A stretch of DNA of 64,000 bases from Rebecca billardiae RCC1528 (GCA_965240325.2 OZ251231.1:2542001-2606000); one strand, 5' to 3'; counted from the stretch's first letter, positions 1-11,033 are shown. Notes: generated from the letters alone by a model not told the origin. Made by a program: numbers and translations.

Positions 1-424
1 AACACGTCCGGCCCTGGGTCCGGTTGGTCCCGCGGACTGGCGACCAAGTTTTGTTCCGTATGAATATTTACAACACATCGCAGCTATCAGATATTCGTTC
101 ACTACCCAGATATACTGACAAATGCACGTTCACAGGCTCACGTCCGTCCATCGACTTATGCGGCCATGGCGCGGGCGCGCTTATTTCGTCAATCGCATCT
201 TGCTAATGGAGAGTAATGGGCCAATGGACCCCTCGAAAAAGCGAAAACTCACCCTCCAACAGCCCTCAAAATCGTCCCCCGTCCCCTTTTCTGCTTTGAT
301 CATAAAGATCTTTTTGACAACGTAGTGAGGGCCCCCGGCGGGGCTCCACGCTACGCGCTCCGCCCTACACCGCGGGCCATAATATGCCTCGTCATCGGTC
401 GCGACTATATAATCACTACGACGC

Positions 425-503
425 ATATATATATATATATATATATATAGTATATATATATACTATATATATTATCGATCATATATATATATATATATAT
501 CAT
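425..503. repeat. (TA)n-rich microsatellite tract
   Basis: Interrupted ATATAT runs seen directly, in an otherwise GC-rich window. Confidence 0.9.
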
Positions 504-1546
504 ATCGTCGCAGCTATACTAGCAGCAGTCACATCGAATTCGATCTCAGAGTATAGACAATACGCCTACGGAATATTAATTGACCACCGCCTCGCGTCAT
601 GACGACGATCGATATGATTATCACAGTAAAGAAATCGATTTTCGGCGTTAAACCCGTCCGCACTTCCGCCCAGTGGGGATGCGCTGGAATTTTTTTCATG
701 CCCCGTTCGCGGCACTTCGCGCCGCGCACAGTGGAGAAAGATCGGGCCGGAAGCCGTTTGAGCATGGTCGGTCGTGCGCACGCCCATTCGAATCGATGGC
801 GCGCTCCGAGCGGCGGGCGTGCGCGCATGACTGCCGCGAGGGGGGCTGCGAGGCGTCGGCCGGCTTGCCAAGGCGGTTCCCTGGGGCGGCGTCACCCTCC
901 CCCGCCCCTCCTCGCCCACCCTCGCTCCACGGGCGGCCACACGTGACCTGTTGAGATGAGTTCACGGGGGCCGCGCGGCACGCGCGCGGAGAGGCGAGGA
1001 AGTGGTGTTTCGCGGAAAAGCGCAACGTCGCATTGTGATCAACCCATGTGGGCACCCGCTCCACACGTTTGTACGCATTCAAACCGCACACAGCGGCCTG
1101 AGCAGCTCCCAGACTGAGTTTCGCTCTTGAAGCCTGTTTTGGGGCCAGATCTTGGTGTGGATGTAGCGCGGCGAGGAGGCGCCGGGCGCGCGCCCGAGCT
1201 GCGTGCTGCCACTCGCCATGACCCATAGACATCGTCCGTCGCGAACGACCCGGCTCGCCTCGACCTCTCCGACCCGCCGGGCAGCCACGACCGAGCGCGC
1301 AGCCAACGGTGTCCAAACAGAGGCTTCTGCCTTCTCAGACCGCGTGGGATGGGCATAGGCGCGAGAGAGGGCGCCCAGCGCGCTCTTGAGATGCACAGGA
1401 GCACGCACTGATGCGTATGGAACCATCCCATCACGATCGCCCCGACCTGGCGCGCCCTATCTGGCCCGTCAGGCTGCCCGCGCCGCCGCCGCCGGGCCGC
1501 GCCGCCGCCACAGGCGCCGCCGCACCGCGGGCACATGGGTAAGTCC

Positions 1547-1842
1547 GTATTCAACAAATACAGAATTTCCGGTGCGGCCCTCTTTTGGGCGGCAAGGTCG
1601 GTCTGGTCGACACCTGCCGCGCGGCATGGGCCACGGCGCGGCGAGGTGGCGGCTGGCGCACCGCGGCGTGGGCGGGATGGCTCGAGGACACCACCGCCCC
1701 GCCTCCCACGCCGCGCCGTGCGCGTGCGCCGTGCTCTCGTCGCGTACCGATTTTCCTGCGACGAGCGACGTCCAACAGCGCGACCATGCCATCGCGCGAC
1801 GAGGTGCGTTCAGCTCGGCGATTTGTCGTATTTGTTGAATAC
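1547..1842. repeat. 296-bp segment bounded by a perfect 15-bp inverted repeat (MITE-like)
   Basis: GTATTCAACAAATAC (1547-1561) and GTATTTGTTGAATAC (1828-1842). No clear TSD. Confidence 0.5.
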
Positions 1843-2389
1843 ATGCGGGTACGAATCGGCCGCAAGATGGCCTCGACGTACACGTCGAGAGCCACGCGCG
1901 CGGTGTGGAGTGGCACGCGACGCGGAGAGGGCGGGTGCGGTGCCGCGGGCGCGCGACTGGTCTAGAACATCCCAATGAAGCGCGGGACGGCGCTGCGCGC
2001 CTGTGCTCGCCGCCGTCTCCTCGCAGTCGAAAATATCTGTGCACCCTTCTGGGTGCGCCCCCCGAGTTTTGCCAGAATCAGGGGTGTCCAGGAAGCCCCC
2101 CCCACCACGCTCTAGGGGCACCTAGAGCGGGGGCACCTTAGATTCCTGGCTGAGCGGTCTTTTACCCATCTGTAGGGACACTTCCGGAAGGTACCTGGCG
2201 CGGTGGTTGTGACCTATGCGCAATGATGCGTGCCGACTCGTAAATATTCCATACGCAACGACAGCGATCCGTCCAGTACGACGAGAGTGGATCTGATACC
2301 GCCAGGAGACAGGAGTAGACAGGCGCCGCGTGTTGCGGCGCAGCCGCCGCGCGCGGTCGTGCGGCGGCCAGCGGCGCGGCCGGGAGGAG

Positions 2390-4470
2390 CCCCCGCCCCG
2401 TATCAGTGATACAGGCAGATACAGTGATACAGTGATACACGGGTGGCCTGTAGTCCGGGTGCCGGCAGTCCGGGAGCGGACGGCGGCGCGCGCGGTGGCA
2501 GCTTGGCAAGGAGCCCCCCCCGTATCAGTGATACAGGCAGATACAGTGATACAGTGATACACGGGCCTGGCCTGTAGTCCGGGTGGCGGCAGTCCGGGAG
2601 CGGACGGCGGCGCGCGCGGTGGCAGCTGCTTGGCAAGGAGGGCCCCCCGTATCAGTGATACAGGCAGATACAGTCGTGATACAGTGATACACGGGCCTGG
2701 CCTGTAGTCCGGGTGGCGGCAGTCCGGGAGCGGACGGCGGCGCGCGCGGCGCGGCAGCTGGCAAGGAGGCCCCCCGTATCAGTGATACAGGCAGATACAG
2801 TGATACAGTGATACACGGGCCTGGCCTGTAGTCCGGATGGCGGCAATCCGGAAGCGGACGGCGGCGCGCGCGGCGCGGCAGCTGGCAAGGAGGCCCCCCG
2901 TATCAGTGATACAGGCAGATACAGTGATACAGTGATACACGGGCCTGGCCTGTAGTCCGGATGGCGGCAGTCCGGGAGCGGACGGCGGCGGGCGCGGCGG
3001 CGGCTTGGCAAGGAGGGCCCCCCGTATCAGTGATACAGGCAGATACAGTGATACAGTGATACAGGAGGCCTGCTGTAGTCCGGATGGCGGCAGTCCGGGA
3101 GCGGACGGCGGCGCGCGCGGCGGCGGCTTGGCAAGGAGGCCCCCTGTATCAGTGATACAGGCAGATACAGTGAATAGTGATACAGTGATACACGGGCCTG
3201 GCCTGTAGTCCGGGTGGCGGCAGTCCGGGAGCGGACGGCGGCGCGCGCGGCGCGGCAGCTGGCAAGGAGGCCCCCCGTATCAGTGATACAGGCAGATACA
3301 GTGATACAGTGATACAGGAGGCCTGCTGTACGGTCCGGGTGGCGACAGTCCGGGAGTGGACGGCGGCGGGCGCGGCGCGGCAGCTGGCAAGGAGGCCCCC
3401 CGTATCAGTGATACAGGCAGATACAGTGATACAGTGATACAGGAGGCCTGCTGTAGTCCGGATGGCGGCAGTCCGGGAGCGGACGGCGGCGCGCGCGGCG
3501 CGGCAGCTGGCAAGGAGGCCCCCCGTATCAGTGATACAGGCAGATACAGTGATACAGTGATACAGGAGGCCTGCTGTAGTCCGGGTGGCGGCAATCCGGG
3601 AGCGGACGGCGGCGCGCGCGGTGGCGGCTTGGCAAGGAGGCCCCCCGTATCAGTGATACAGGCAGATACAGTGATACCGAGTGATACACGGGCCTGGCCT
3701 GTAGTCCGGATGGCGGCAGTCCGGGAGCGGACAGGCGGCGCGCGCGGAGGCGGCTTGGCAAGGAGGCCCCCCGTATCAGTGATACAGGCAGATACAGTGA
3801 TACAGTGATACAGGAGGCCTGCTGTAGTCCGGATGGCTGCAGTCCGGGAGCGGACGGCGGCGGGCGCGGCGGCGGCTTGGCAAGGAGGCCCCCCGTATCA
3901 GTGATACAGGCAGATACAGTGATACAGTGATACACGGGCCTGGCCTGTAGTCCGGATGGCGGCAGTCCGGGAGCGGACGGCGGCGCGCGCGGCGGCGGCT
4001 TGGCAAGGAGGCCCCCCGTATCAGTGATACAGGCAGATACAGTGATACAGTGATACACGGGCCTGGCCTGTAGTCCGGGTGGCGACAGTCCGGGAGCGGA
4101 CGGCGGCGCGCGCGGCGCGGCAGCTGGCAAGGAGGCCCCCCGTATCAGTGATACAGGCAGATACAGTGATACAGTGATACAGGAGGCCTGCTGTCATACG
4201 GTCCGGGTGGCGACAGTCCGGGAGTGGACGGCGGCGGGCGCGGCGCGGCAGCTGGCAAGGAGGCCCCCCGTGTCAATGATACAGGCAGATACAGTGATAC
4301 AGTGAGTACACTGGGTGGCCTGTACTCTGTAGTCCGGGTGGCGGCAGTCCGGGAGCGGACGGCGGCGCGCGCGGCGGCGGCTTGGCAAGGAGGGCCCCCC
4401 GTATCAGTGATACAGGCAGATACAGTGATACAGTGATACAGCAGGTGGCCTGGTAGTCCGGGTGGTGGCA
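2390..4470 (+). repeat. ~125-bp tandem satellite, 17 units, forward orientation
   Basis: Core GTATCAGTGATACAGGCAGATACAGTGATACAGTGATACA starts at 2400, 2522, 2649, 2776, 2900, 3024, 3146, 3277, 3402, 3525, 3647, 3773, 3895, 4018, 4142, 4270 (variant) and 4401. Cores are separated by near-identical GC-rich linkers. Confidence 0.97.
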
Positions 4471-4984
4471 GTCTGGAGTCTGGGCGTGTGCCGGCGAGTG
4501 CCGGCGGCAGCAGTCCGGGCGCGGACAGGGACGATTGCGGCGGCCTGAGCAGGGAGTTCCCGGCCCCGACGGTGGTGAAGTTGGCTCGCCTGCGTGCGGC
4601 GGATGATCAGTCAACGGTGAGCAAGACGGGGGGGGGCGGGGCGGGGGGCGACACGGCACGAGGCCCTGACGGCCGAGCTGGCTGGCGAGCCGTTGTGCGC
4701 CGCAGCATACGCAGCGCCGCACGCGCGCTGCCGGCGAGGGCACAGGCGGTGATCAGGCATGGCGGCGGCCAGCAGGCACGGTGCCGGCTCTCGCCTGCGC
4801 GCTCGGCCCGCAGGGCGCGTGCCAGTCAGTCATTGGCGCGGCAGCCGGCGGCGGCTGCCGCGCCGTCAGCGGCCGCCGCGGGCGTGCGTGGCGACAACTG
4901 CAGCGATGCCTGGCTGTCGCGGTGCGGCTCGCAGAACAGCGCACGGGCGCCACGTCTCCATCACGCCACGGCTCCAGCGCGCCC

Positions 4985-5400
4985 TGACTATCACTGTATC
5001 TGCCTGTATCACTGATACGGGGGGGCTCCTCCCCGCCGCGCCGCCGCGCCTCACCACCGTCCACCCGGACTGCCGCCACCCGGACTACAGGCCACCTGTA
5101 TCACTGTATCACTGTATCTGCCTGTATCACTGATACGGGGGGCCTCCTTGCCAGCTCAAGCTGCGCCGCCGCGCCGCGCCGCCCGGTCCACCCGGACTGC
5201 CGCCACCCGGACTACAGGCCACCTGTATCACTGTATCCGACTGTATCTGCCTGTATCACTGATACGGGGGGGCTCCTCCCGGCCGCGCCGCCGCGCCGCG
5301 CCGCCGTCCACCCGGACTGCCGCCACCCGGACTACAGGCCACCTGTATCACTGTATCACTGTATCTGCCTGTATCACTGATACGGGGGGGCCTCCCCGCT
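4985..5400 (-). repeat. Same satellite, ~4 units, inverted orientation
   Basis: Reverse-complement core GTATCTGCCTGTATCACTGATAC at about 4996, 5114, 5244 and 5361. Confidence 0.95.
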
Positions 5401-5584
5401 CCCGCAGTCCCGGCCACCGCGCCCGGGCGCCGCACTCGTTCGCCCGCCGGCCCCGGAACGGACTTCCGTCGCCCGGACTCTGAAGTCCGATGCCAAGCCC
5501 GGGGGCGGGTGGCGGCGGCAGTCCGGCGCGGCGGGCGGGCGGCGCGCCCTGGGCGACGCGCGGCGCGGCCGTCGTCAGCCGGCC

Positions 5585-5820
5585 GAGGAGCCCCCCTGTA
5601 TCAGTGATACAGGCAGATACACTGATTACAGTGATACAGTGATACAGGTGGCCTGTAGTCCGGGTGGCGGCAGTCCGGGTGGACCGGGCGGCGCGGCGCG
5701 GCGGCGCAGCTGGCAAGGAGGCCCCCCGTATCAGTGATACAGGCAGATACAGACATTAATTACAGTGATACAGTGATACAGGTGGCCTGAGTAGTCCGGA
5801 GTTATAGGGAGTAGTCCGGG
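5585..5820 (+). repeat. Same satellite, 2 diverged units, forward orientation
   Basis: Cores at about 5598 and 5728, with small insertions (e.g. ACATTAATT). Confidence 0.9.
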
Positions 5821-6811
5821 CGGCGGGCGGCGCGCTGACGTACGGACACGGTGCCGCGGCGGCTGGGGCTGTGCAGCCTGTCGGCTCAGGGCCCTGTATC
5901 AGCCGGCATCGATACACAGCTGGGCTGTATCAGGTGGCATTGATACACAGCCGGGCTGTATCAGCGGGTGTTGGTGCCCACTGATACAGCCCAAGATGAG
6001 TATTGCGTAAGGGGGATCAGACGTGTGCCGCCGGCCAACCAGCGCTCGCGGACGGCTGCGCTTCTCGGAAACTACAGATTCTGGCAAAACTCGGGGGGCA
6101 CGCCCCCTTCTGTCTGGCTAGTCGACCGGCCGGCACGCGGCACGCGAGCAGTGTGTGTGGGGAGGAGTGTGACATGGCAGGCTGTGGCGAGGTGGATGGC
6201 CGTGCAGGTCTACGCTAGGAAGGGCCGCTCCCGCGCTCGCGCGGTGCCTCGCGCACGCCTCGTCGAGGACGAGCGTGTTTGAATGGCTCCGGAGAAGGCT
6301 TACGATCGCTCGTTGATGGGCAGCGCGCGACACGTGCACACGACGAAGGTGACGACCAGGCACTCCGGCGAGGGCGGCTGTGCTGGTAGCAGACTGCATT
6401 CGGAGTAAGATGCGCCATCTTACGCGCCGCTTCGCCTCGCTGCATCGCCGCACTGAGCAGCAGGGCTCCACGCTCACGAATGGCTCACCACGAGCTACGT
6501 GACCGGCCAGCCGCGTGCAACCCGGCGAGGCAGAGAGGGGCGGAGGGATGGGGAGGCTGGGTGGGATGTTGCAGTCCCATGCCCGGGGCACTCGCCAGGC
6601 GCCTGCGCGACCACCGTAGCGCCGTCTGTGCGCTCGTGCGGCCCGCGCGAGAAATTCCCCGAAAATCGGCTCGTGTCGGACGGCGGGTGTCGTTAGAATG
6701 GGTAACGATAATCCCGTTTTTCGTGTTCACTGTGATAGTTATTGACGATATGATGTGCGCATGATGAATGCTGATGCTATATACTTCCAAGGTGTCGACG
6801 ATCGATCGTCA

Positions 6812-9800
6812 TCATGAAAAATGGCTGCCCGCGGCGGGACCTGCCGGCTGTGCATCGATGGCGTCGTCGTCATCGAGCAGGAACGAGTTCGTGCGCTGTG
6901 GGCTGTGGTCCGACGCGGCGTGCGAGCCGGGCCCGGCGGCCGGGTGTCGCAGCAGCCCGCCCACGCCGCGCCCCGCCTTGCCCAGGGCGCCCTTTGCCGA
7001 GGAGACAGCCTGCGGCGCGCGCTCGCCCGCCGTGTCGACCGCCTTCTCGACAGCGTCCACCATCCGGTCGACTGACGAGTCGACGGAGCTCCACGCGTCG
7101 CCCACGCGCGAGGCGAGCTTGCCGCCCGCGTCGCCGAGCTTGCGCACGAAGCCGAGGCGCGGGGGCAGGGATTGCCGCCGCATCTCGTCCGCGGACGCGC
7201 CCGCGCCGTGGCCGTTGCCGTTGGCGGCTTGGCCGCCGCGCCCGCCGCCGCCGAGCGCAGAGGCGGTGCCGCGCGCGGGCTCGGAGAGCGCCGGCGAGGG
7301 CAGGCCGCCGGTCGCGGGCGTGGGCGGCTCGGAGGGCTCGAATCCGTTCGCGCCGTCGTGCCGCGCGTGCTGCATCGCCGCGCCGGCGGACAGCGGCCCG
7401 CCGCCTCCGCCGCCGCCGCCCACGTCGACGAGCAGCTCAGCAAAGCCGCCGCTGTCCAGCCCGGCGCCGGCGCCGCCCGCGGCCGCCTGCTGCGCGGTCG
7501 GCGGCGTCACCACCGCACTGAACGCGGCCATGAAGTCGTAGTCGCTCACGACGCCTGCGGCTGAGGTCGGCGGCGGCGGCGAGGCGAAGGTGGGCGGCGG
7601 CAGGGCTGCGACCGCCGCGCCCCCGCTCCCGAGCGTGCCCCACGCATGCGCGCCGTTCGTCTGCCCAGGCGGCGCGCCGCACTGGCCGCGGCCGTGGCCG
7701 TGCGCGCCCGACTCGGGCGCCGCCCCAAACCCGGCCAAGGGCGCGTCACCACGCGCGCCACCGAGCGCGCCACCGAGCGCGCCACCGAGCGCGCCACCGA
7801 GCGCGTGGGCCGAGCCGCTCGGGCTGACGCCGAGAGCGCCGCTGGCGCAGGGCGAGGGCTGCGGGGAGAGCGGCGCGCTCTGCGGCGGCGGCGGCGGCGC
7901 GAGCATCGGCGGCGGCGGCGCATCAGCAAACAGCGGCGGCTGCGGCGGCGGCTGCGGCGGCGGCTGCTGCGGCTGCGGCGGCTGCGGCTGCGGCGACTGC
8001 TGCGGCGGCGGCTGCTGCGGCTGCTGCTGCTGCGGCGGCGCGCTCATCAGCGCGTCGAGCCCGCCCAGCCCCGACGAGGCGGAGGGCGAAGGCGATGCGC
8101 CGCCGCTGCCGCCGCAGCCACCGCCGCCGCCGCCGCCGCCCGCCGAGCCGCGGCGCGCGGCCGCCGCCTCGTGCTGCGCGCGCGAGGCGGCCGCGCGCGC
8201 CTCGTCTCGCTCCGCGCTGAGCGATGCGCACGCGTGCCGCAGCTGCGCGCACTGCGCGCTCGCGGCGTCGGCGCGCTTGGCGGCGGCGGCGGCGGCGTGC
8301 TGCGCCTCGGCGCGCGCGCGCGCCTCCGCCTCCGCCTGCGCCTCGCGCTGCGCGAGCTGCGCGCGCGCCGCCTCCGCCTCGGCGCGCGCCGCCTCCGCGT
8401 CCGCGGCCGCCGCCCTCACCGCCTGCGCCGCGCCCGCCATCGCGCCGTCGTCCGCGTCCGCCGCGCGGCGCGCGGCGGACGCGGCCTCGCTCGCGCGGCG
8501 CTCGGCCTCGTCGCGCGCGTCGCGCGCGGCCTGCACCTCCCTCCGCAGCTCCGCGCCGCCCTCCCGCTCCGCCGCCAGCTCCGCCGCCAGCGCCGCGAGC
8601 TTGGCCTTGGCCGCAGCCTTGAGCCGGGCGACACCGGCCGACGCCTCGGCCTTGAGGGCGGCGGCGCGCGAGGCGGCGTCGTCGGCGCGCGAGGCGGCGT
8701 CGGCGGCGCGCTCGCGCTCGGCGGCGAGCTCGGCGGCGAGCTCGGCCGCGCGCGCCTCCGCCGCCGCGAGCGCGCCCGACGCCGACGCGCCCGCGGCGGC
8801 CGCCGCCGCGTCGGCCGCGCGCGCCGCCTCCGCGCGCGCCGCGCCCAGCGCGGCGCGCGCCTCGGCCGCGGCCGCCTCCGCGCGCTGCGCGCGCTCGGCG
8901 GCGGCGGCGAGCGCCTCCTCGGCGCCGACGCGCGCGGCCTCGGCGGTGTCCGCGCGGCTCGCCTCGCTCTTGATCTCCGCGACCAGCTCGCCCATCTTGG
9001 CGCGCGCCTTGGCCTTGAGCGAGTCGGCGCGCGCCTCCGCAGCGGCGCGCGCGTCGGCGAGCTCGGCGCGCGCGGCGGCCGTTTCGGCGCGCGCGGCGGC
9101 GGCGGCGGCGGCGAGCTCGTCGGCGGAGGCGGCGCGCTCGTCGGTCGCGGCCTGGAGCGCGGCCTCGAGCTCCGCCACGCGCGCGCCGCGCGCCTCCGCG
9201 CGCCGCGCCGCCTCCGCCGCCTCGTCGCGCGCGTCGGCGAGCGCGGCCGCGGCGCCGTGCGCGCGCGCCGCGCGCGCCTCCGCCGCCGCGCCGAGCTCGG
9301 CGTCGGCGGAGGCGAGCTCGGCGCCGAGGGTGGCGACGAGCGCCTCGGCGGCGGCGGTGGTTCGCGCGCCGCGCTCGCGCTCCGCGTCGATCTTCGCCAG
9401 CACGCGCTTCTTCCACTCGCGGAAGTGCCCGACCTTGTCCTCGTGCGCGCGCACGGCCGCGCACAGCGCGCGCGCGTCGCCGTCCGCGTCGCCGAGCGCG
9501 GACGCGAGGAGGGCGGCGTGCGCGCGCGCCTCGGCGGTGGCGAGGGCGGCGGCGGCGAGGTCCTCCTCGTGCGCCTCGAGCGCCGCGCCGAACTGCGAGA
9601 CCACCTGCGCCTTGCTCGCCTCCGCGCCCTCCAGCCGCCGCGCCGCCTCCGCCGCGGCCGCGGCCGCGTCCGCGGCCGCGTCGGCGCGCGCGCGCTCGAG
9701 CGCCGCCGCCGCCTCGTCGGCGCGCGCGCGCTCGGCGTCGAGCGCGGCGAGCGCGTCGTCGCGCTCGCGCTCGAGCGCCTCCACCGCGCTCGCGCCGCGC

Positions 9801-10576
9801 TCCTCCACCTCGCGCAGCCGCGCGCGCAGCTCGTCGTCGAGAGCGCCCATCTTGCGCTTGGCGCGCGAGCGCGCGTCGAGCAGCGCGTCGCGCAGCGCGA
9901 CGCACGACTCGTCGGCGAGGGCGAGCTCGGCGGAGAGCGCGTTCACGGCGGCGCGCACCTGGGTGCGCGTCAGCTCCGCCTCGTACTCGTCGCGCGCCAC
10001 CTCCGTCATCAGCACGAGCGCGCGCGCGCGCGCGCGCGCCTCGCCCGCGCGCGCGTCGTCGGCTCGCGCCGCCGCCTCGTCCGCGGCGGCGAGCGCGTCG
10101 TCGGCCGTGTCGGTGGCGGCGCGCGCGGTGATCGAGGCGCCCACCAGCTCGTCGTCGAGCTGCAGCACCTCGCGCCCGAGCGCCGCCTCGCGCACGCGGC
10201 CCTCCGCCTCGAGGCTCTCCCTCTCGCGCGTCGCCTCCATCAGCGCGTCCTGGCTCTCATCGAGCTGCTCTCGCGCGGCCGCCTCGCGCGCGGCGCACGC
10301 GTCGAGCTCGGCGCGAGCGGCGGCCGCGGCGTCGGCGGCGTCGGAGGCGCGACGTTCCGCCGCCTCCGCCTGCGTCTTGAGCTTGAGCGCGCCCCGCCCC
10401 ACGATCTGCTCGAGGCCGAGCATCTTGCGCTGCGTGCGGTGCAGCATCGCGTCTCGCTCGTTCACCTGCTCGTACAGCGCGGCGACGGTGCGGCGGAGGG
10501 CCTTGGCCTCCTCGAGGGTGAGCCGCTCCTGCGCCTCGTCCTCGCCATCGCCCACGATGGCCTGCAGCCAGTCCAT
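6812..10576 (-). CDS. Large Ala/Glu/Arg-rich coiled-coil protein (~1254 aa) with a Pro/Gln-rich and Gly-rich C-terminal tail
   Basis: Single ORF; first ATG at 10576 (MDWLQAIVG...). About 800 aa of heptad-like helical sequence with coding-type GC3 bias. No catalytic motif recognised. Confidence 0.8.
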   Translation of the reverse strand: MDWLQAIVGDGEDEAQERLTLEEAKALRRTVAALYEQVNERDAMLHRTQRKMLGLEQIVGRGALKLKTQAEAAERRASDAADAAAAARAELDACAAREAAAREQLDESQDALMEATRERESLEAEGRVREAALGREVLQLDDELVGASITARAATDTADDALAAADEAAARADDARAGEARARARALVLMTEVARDEYEAELTRTQVRAAVNALSAELALADESCVALRDALLDARSRAKRKMGALDDELRARLREVEERGASAVEALERERDDALAALDAERARADEAAAALERARADAAADAAAAAAEAARRLEGAEASKAQVVSQFGAALEAHEEDLAAAALATAEARAHAALLASALGDADGDARALCAAVRAHEDKVGHFREWKKRVLAKIDAERERGARTTAAAEALVATLGAELASADAELGAAAEARAARAHGAAAALADARDEAAEAARRAEARGARVAELEAALQAATDERAASADELAAAAAAARAETAAARAELADARAAAEARADSLKAKARAKMGELVAEIKSEASRADTAEAARVGAEEALAAAAERAQRAEAAAAEARAALGAARAEAARAADAAAAAAGASASGALAAAEARAAELAAELAAERERAADAASRADDAASRAAALKAEASAGVARLKAAAKAKLAALAAELAAEREGGAELRREVQAARDARDEAERRASEAASAARRAADADDGAMAGAAQAVRAAAADAEAARAEAEAARAQLAQREAQAEAEARARAEAQHAAAAAAKRADAASAQCAQLRHACASLSAERDEARAAASRAQHEAAAARRGSAGGGGGGGGCGGSGGASPSPSASSGLGGLDALMSAPPQQQQPQQPPPQQSPQPQPPQPQQPPPQPPPQPPLFADAPPPPMLAPPPPPQSAPLSPQPSPCASGALGVSPSGSAHALGGALGGALGGALGGARGDAPLAGFGAAPESGAHGHGRGQCGAPPGQTNGAHAWGTLGSGGAAVAALPPPTFASPPPPTSAAGVVSDYDFMAAFSAVVTPPTAQQAAAGGAGAGLDSGGFAELLVDVGGGGGGGGPLSAGAAMQHARHDGANGFEPSEPPTPATGGLPSPALSEPARGTASALGGGGRGGQAANGNGHGAGASADEMRRQSLPPRLGFVRKLGDAGGKLASRVGDAWSSVDSSVDRMVDAVEKAVDTAGERAPQAVSSAKGALGKAGRGVGGLLRHPAAGPGSHAASDHSPQRTNSFLLDDDDAIDAQPAGPAAGSHFS

Positions 10577-11033
10577 CCAGCCGGCGGCCGCGCGAGGCGG
10601 CGCCGCCCTCGCAAAAGCGCGGCTCCGGCGTTGGGGCTCGGCGGTGGCGCGCACCCCTTGCTCGCGGCCGCCCGTCACGCGGTGAGGGCTCGGGCGGCCG
10701 CCCGCGGATCACGCCCATTTTGACGGCGAAGCAGGGCCGCGCGCATTTTTTATTCTTCGTCTGCTTTTCTAATTCGGACCCCCGATTGCCCGAGAGGAGA
10801 GGAGTCGCCAGTCGGGGCGGAGCCCGAGGTGTTTCGGTGCTGTCAATGTCACGGCGGTGACGGCGCTCGGCTCCGCGAGGACGATCACGACTGCGTCCAC
10901 GTGCCGCGTGCATGACAGCAACACGCAGGCTCCGATGGGCGGCTGGCCCTCCCACTGCCGCTCGCCGCCCCGCGCAGCTGGTGAGCCGTGCCACACGCGG
11001 CACGCGCCCTGCTCTGCCGCGTCGGAGCCAGGC

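Larger units (their letters stand above)
2057..6099. repeat. Perfect 23-bp inverted repeat pair enclosing the satellite
   Basis: GCCCCCCGAGTTTTGCCAGAATC (2057-2079) and GATTCTGGCAAAACTCGGGGGGC (6077-6099). Confidence 0.85.
622..6734. mobile_element. Possible non-autonomous CMC/EnSpm-like DNA transposon (outer boundary)
   Basis: Left end CACAGT at 622 and right end ACTGTG ending 6734, both flanked by AT (possible 2-bp TSD). Inverted subterminal 10-mer CGATTTTCGG (636-645) / CCGAAAATCG (6659-6668). No transposase ORF recognised. The terminal match is short. Confidence 0.35.

Noticed and set aside
696-2141. Possible transposase ORFs inside the putative element
   Set aside because: No DDE or zinc-finger motifs recognised and no coding-type codon bias.
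2122-5716. Numerous ORFs with repeated CITVSLYLPVSLIRG peptides
   Set aside because: Translations of the satellite; frames break with unit indels.
2390-5820. CRISPR-like look (conserved palindromic ~40-bp core with intervening segments)
   Set aside because: The intervening segments are near-identical rather than unique spacers, there are no cas genes, and the context is eukaryotic.
7590-10723. 1031-aa and 1025-aa plus-strand ORFs
   Set aside because: Antisense shadows of the minus-strand coiled-coil gene, caused by stop-codon scarcity at high GC.
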